DNA of 64,000 bases, from the NCBI GenBank assembly GCA_040954595.2, contig CM082584.2, forward strand, positions 7,707,919 through 7,771,918, given 5' to 3'. Position numbers and translations under genes: made by a program. The notes under the pieces are model-generated. The model did no database searches and was not told where the DNA came from. It saw only the letters and a list, made by a program, of their open reading frames with translations. This document shows positions 60,384-64,000 of the stretch, one piece after another. The stretch comes from Balanoglossus misakiensis (Eukaryota; Animalia; Hemichordata). How positions within the stretch are numbered: the first letter of the stretch is position 1; the number at the start of each line of letters is the position of its first letter.

Positions 60384-63088
60384 GTAAGTATAGTACGATG
60401 AAAACGGTTTGAGATGCACAGAAGGAATGTACTGACTATCGATTTGTTTATCAACATAGTCAAAAGAAAACACGCTTTTTTGCATTCAAGGTTAGACTTG
60501 TCCCAAGGTCAGCAAAATTTGTTCCGATTTAATATACGTGTGTGGAGTGAACGCATTAAGTTGTGGCATCGCGTCAGTGATGAGCAGTAACTGAAAGTAC
60601 CGAAACTCACCAAAGTCAAACAAACGTACGAAAGGTGTTGAAAAAATCAAGAGACGGCGAACAACTAAATTAGTCAATAATCTTTAAAAAGAAAAACACG
60701 CCAAGTGACTGGTGGGTAAGTCTAATTCAATGTTTAAATGAAAAGTCGTGACTAGACCGTAATGCATGCATTTTTAGTGATAAGAATGTACCACCCCAAA
60801 CACATTTTGTTTCTTATCAACCGTACTGATGAAAACCTCACTGGTCATACATTCATTCCGTGCATCTCAAACATTTTTCATTGTAGTTAATGTTTTGATG
60901 CCGTCGTCGTTGTGTATATGTATATGTATGTGTATATATACATGTATGTGTTTGAAGTTAATGGTTTGGCTGTTAGTTCGCCCATGCGACCCTTGCTTCT
61001 CCGATTTTGATTTTTTAAAACTTTTCCCATCTAAACATCACCACAGCATAAGATACAATGTGACGAAGAATGCTGAAAATTGGTCAGCGGCGTTCTTGAA
61101 TGGGTGACCCAAAAGATCTAGTACATGTTACATGTATTGCAAAATAACAGAAAGTTCGTTCGGGAATCATCGATCGTAAATGTCCTGATATTGGTAATTT
61201 CATTGTTGTAGCGTTTCACAGCCCTATGAACACAATCACCAAGAGCATGAGCATTCAAAAATATTTCGACTGACGCATTGTTATCCTACCCAATCCTGAC
61301 ATGTATGTCGTGAAATGGTTTTCGCTTATTCTACTAAAACTTTGGTGAATTCGCAGTGTCTAATCGAAAGGTGATTGCTAATATCACGAAGACCCGTATA
61401 TTTTGATACGAACTTGTAACAACGCTAACAATGTAGAATCGATAAACTCAATGACGGAAAAAATGAAACTAGTCGCCTGCGTAAATCGTATGCTACATTA
61501 GAGTAATATAACGAAATTTTGCATCGGACTTTGAATTCGTCAATGTTTCCTCACAATAAATGCTACAGTACCGATACATGTACTAAAATTCAACTCGAGA
61601 CTTCCAATCACATGATATATATCAAGTCGTGATTTTTATTGTACCTATAGACTGAAGTAAATCATTCATCACATTCTTCATTTGCATCACAATTTGATGC
61701 GTGAGGACACAATCCATGATCCGTTTCCTGAATTCTTGACCAAAATATTTCCATCACTTCATATCATTTTGGTAAAACGCCCTGATCACACTCTGCGAAT
61801 ATGAAGAGCAATTTCCAAAACTCCAAAGTCACGTGATTTGATGCTGCTTGTGTTGCAGCCTGAACATCCAAACCCTGGACAGCCATACAGTGGTGGTCAG
61901 TTCATGGGATGCTTACATGACGATTACGAGGGTCGTGAAGTACTGCGGCTGTTGAGGATTGCATTTGATCGCCGACTGACTTTCACCATCGATGGGAAAT
62001 CAAACGAAGTAGTCTGGAATGGCATAACACATAAGGAATACGAATGGTAAGTTAGATTTCCATTATTGCTATCTCATCGCACTGACACCTACTTGATTGA
62101 TTTTAAAAACATTGCGTTACTTATTTTGTGGATTATGTCAGAAATTGATAGGAATGTTTATGTTGTGTGATGTTGATGGCGAACTGGTGAAAAAAATATT
62201 GTAGGTTGGAATACTTATTTATAATTTGAGACAACACCGTATCGGTGTTAGGAAAATTGACATGTAAGTTACGTGAAATACATCGAGATCCCTATATGTG
62301 ATGAACAGCTAGATCGATCGCTGGTGAGTAAGCTGGGTCCGCTTTGGCACCGACCGCGCGCCGGAAGTTTTACCTATGTTAAATGAACTATTCCACGTTC
62401 ACCAGGATCGTACAAAATAAACACAATATGCCATTTTGGGTCCAAACAAACGACAGACTTCAGATGTAACAGCTTATTGGACGTTACATGTCTAGTGATG
62501 CGCAAGAAATTTATGGAAATTATTTCAACTCATGAGACATTTAGCAGCTTTGCTTGCGTAAATCTGACGTTTATCCTCACATGCTGCGCATTATTTTAGA
62601 GTTTACAAACGGAGTTGTACACATTCCAAACGCTAACATACAAACGGGTATATATTAGTGCCAACTGTAGAATAGGATTTTTTCTATATCATGTGACTGG
62701 GCAACGGTGAGATCCAATCATAGAGTGAGGTGTTATTTTTATCACGTGACATTTAACGTAAAACTTCCGTCACAGAAGAGCACCATGTGTGTTTGTTATA
62801 AAAAAAATCTTCGCACTGTTCTCTGGTGTATATTTGACATCTCCATAAACGCGATAATCCTTAACTGCTGGCAACCAACAGCGGTTCGGCATCACCGACC
62901 ATCAAAGTCATTGCATTGTATTAGCTACGCAACGCGTACCTTACACTTATGGGAGTGAAACCATTTCGTTCACAGCGGGAATACAGTACTATATGTTTGT
63001 TTATTTTTCCAGGTTAATTTTCAGGAATGAGTGGCAATCTTATTGTGCACAACTGAAGAAAGAATTGGCTGCGAAAGGAGTGGTGTAA
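58986..63088 (+). CDS. TRIM (RING-Bbox1-Bbox2-coiled coil) protein with a C-terminal Deltex (DTC) domain, about 553 aa
   Basis: join(58986..60383,61859..62046,63013..63088) = 1662 nt in frame. RING CPIC...PCIHSFCEKC...CPTC; B-box1 CDLC...CQEC...CDGC...H..H; B-box2 CAAH...LFCQHC...C.EC...H; coiled coil; then DTC motifs VTGNMPTGTM, GIQGPEHPNPG, EGREVLRLLRIAFDRRLTFTI, VVWNGITHK, KELAAKGV. Confidence 0.88.
61859..62046 (+). CDS. TRIM-DTC coding exon 2 (DTC core)
   Basis: TTGCAG|PEHPNPGQPYSG...VVWNGITHKEYE, donor GTAAGT. Confidence 0.9.
63013..63088 (+). CDS. TRIM-DTC coding exon 3 (DTC C-terminal helix)
   Basis: TTTTTCCAG|...SYCAQLKKELAAKGVV stop. An in-frame alternative acceptor lies 12 nt downstream (63025). 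Confidence 0.85.
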
Positions 63089-64000
63089 ATGCCAAGACGC
63101 CCTCACAACGTGGTTGCATCGCAGCTTCCTCCTGGAATATGCAGGATGAGAAAAACCTTATGTCACTGTCAAGTACTCCTTGACGTGTAGTCATACTCTG
63201 TCAAATTATTAGACGTTTTAGCAATATTCTATTATACTATATAGAATATGAAACTGCGTAAGTGTGTTTTTACTAATATCTGTTGTAGATCACCTGTAAA
63301 AAATATTTAGCTGAACAAACTCTTGTAGATATCTAAACTGTTTTATGGGGTGAATTTTTTGCACAAATATTTCAGAAGATTTTTTTTAGAATTAATGAAT
63401 GATATAAATATATTGTCGTTACACGATAATATGTTTTCATGCTACACGACACGATTTCCGGATATATAATGCGAATGGGGTTGAAACATATTGCACGGCA
63501 AATATGAAAACTTATTTTTTTTTTTGCAGAAATAATTCAGAATATTTTAGAATTCATTTATATCAACATGAATGATATAATTGTTGAATGGTATTATATT
63601 TCCATGCCGCATAATTTCATGACCATATCTAAGAAAGATAGATTGTTTCAATATGTACACATAATTTCTAGCACGGGAAATAAATTACCGAAAACGTAAC
63701 ATTTCTGTCTTTGCCTGATATGTCGGTAAATCTATGAAAGCTATAGTGTCGCCAAAATGAAGTTTTATTAATTGAGTTGTATCAGAGTAGGCGTAAGTCC
63801 AACATATCGGAATATTAAATTCACTTGGGAATCGTTCGGGATTGATTGGCATACACTTTTACATTTGCCAGGCTTGCTGGTATATGAGTGCGTTTACTGA
63901 AATCAAATGCAAATAAGCACATCGTTCGTAATCACTGCTAAATAAAACAAATGTGTGATAGAGTATGAACGTTGAGGGCATCATTCTTCCAAGCACCGCC

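Noticed and set aside
60384-60401. End of the 471-aa ORF (VSIVR-stop) as the true C-terminus
   Set aside because: It reads through a consensus GTAAGT donor in the middle of the DTC, and the downstream exons complete the domain in frame.

Overview
Animal genomic DNA with GT-AG spliceosomal introns, microsatellites, MITEs and a LINE relic. It is most likely a marine invertebrate such as a hemichordate, echinoderm or amphioxus; the taxon is inferred, not shown. (1) 30542..57244 on the minus strand is a complete USP24 deubiquitinase. I assembled it by hand into 51 phase-consistent coding exons (7854 nt, 2617 aa) with an N-terminal UBA-like region and intact Cys and His boxes; its 3' UTR probably extends to about 27335. 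(2) 58986..63088 on the plus strand lies head-to-head with USP24. It has three coding exons and joins a TRIM RING/B-box/B-box/coiled-coil module to a divergent Deltex C-terminal (DTC) domain. This architecture is outside the standard TRIM classes and is the main finding. (3) 1..27 kb has no long ORF but is CpG-rich and carries six perfect CRE palindromes. It holds up to six short minus-strand ATG-to-donor segments that all end in phase 2, which look like alternative first exons of a gene whose body lies left of the window. Everything was read by eye and no database search was run.
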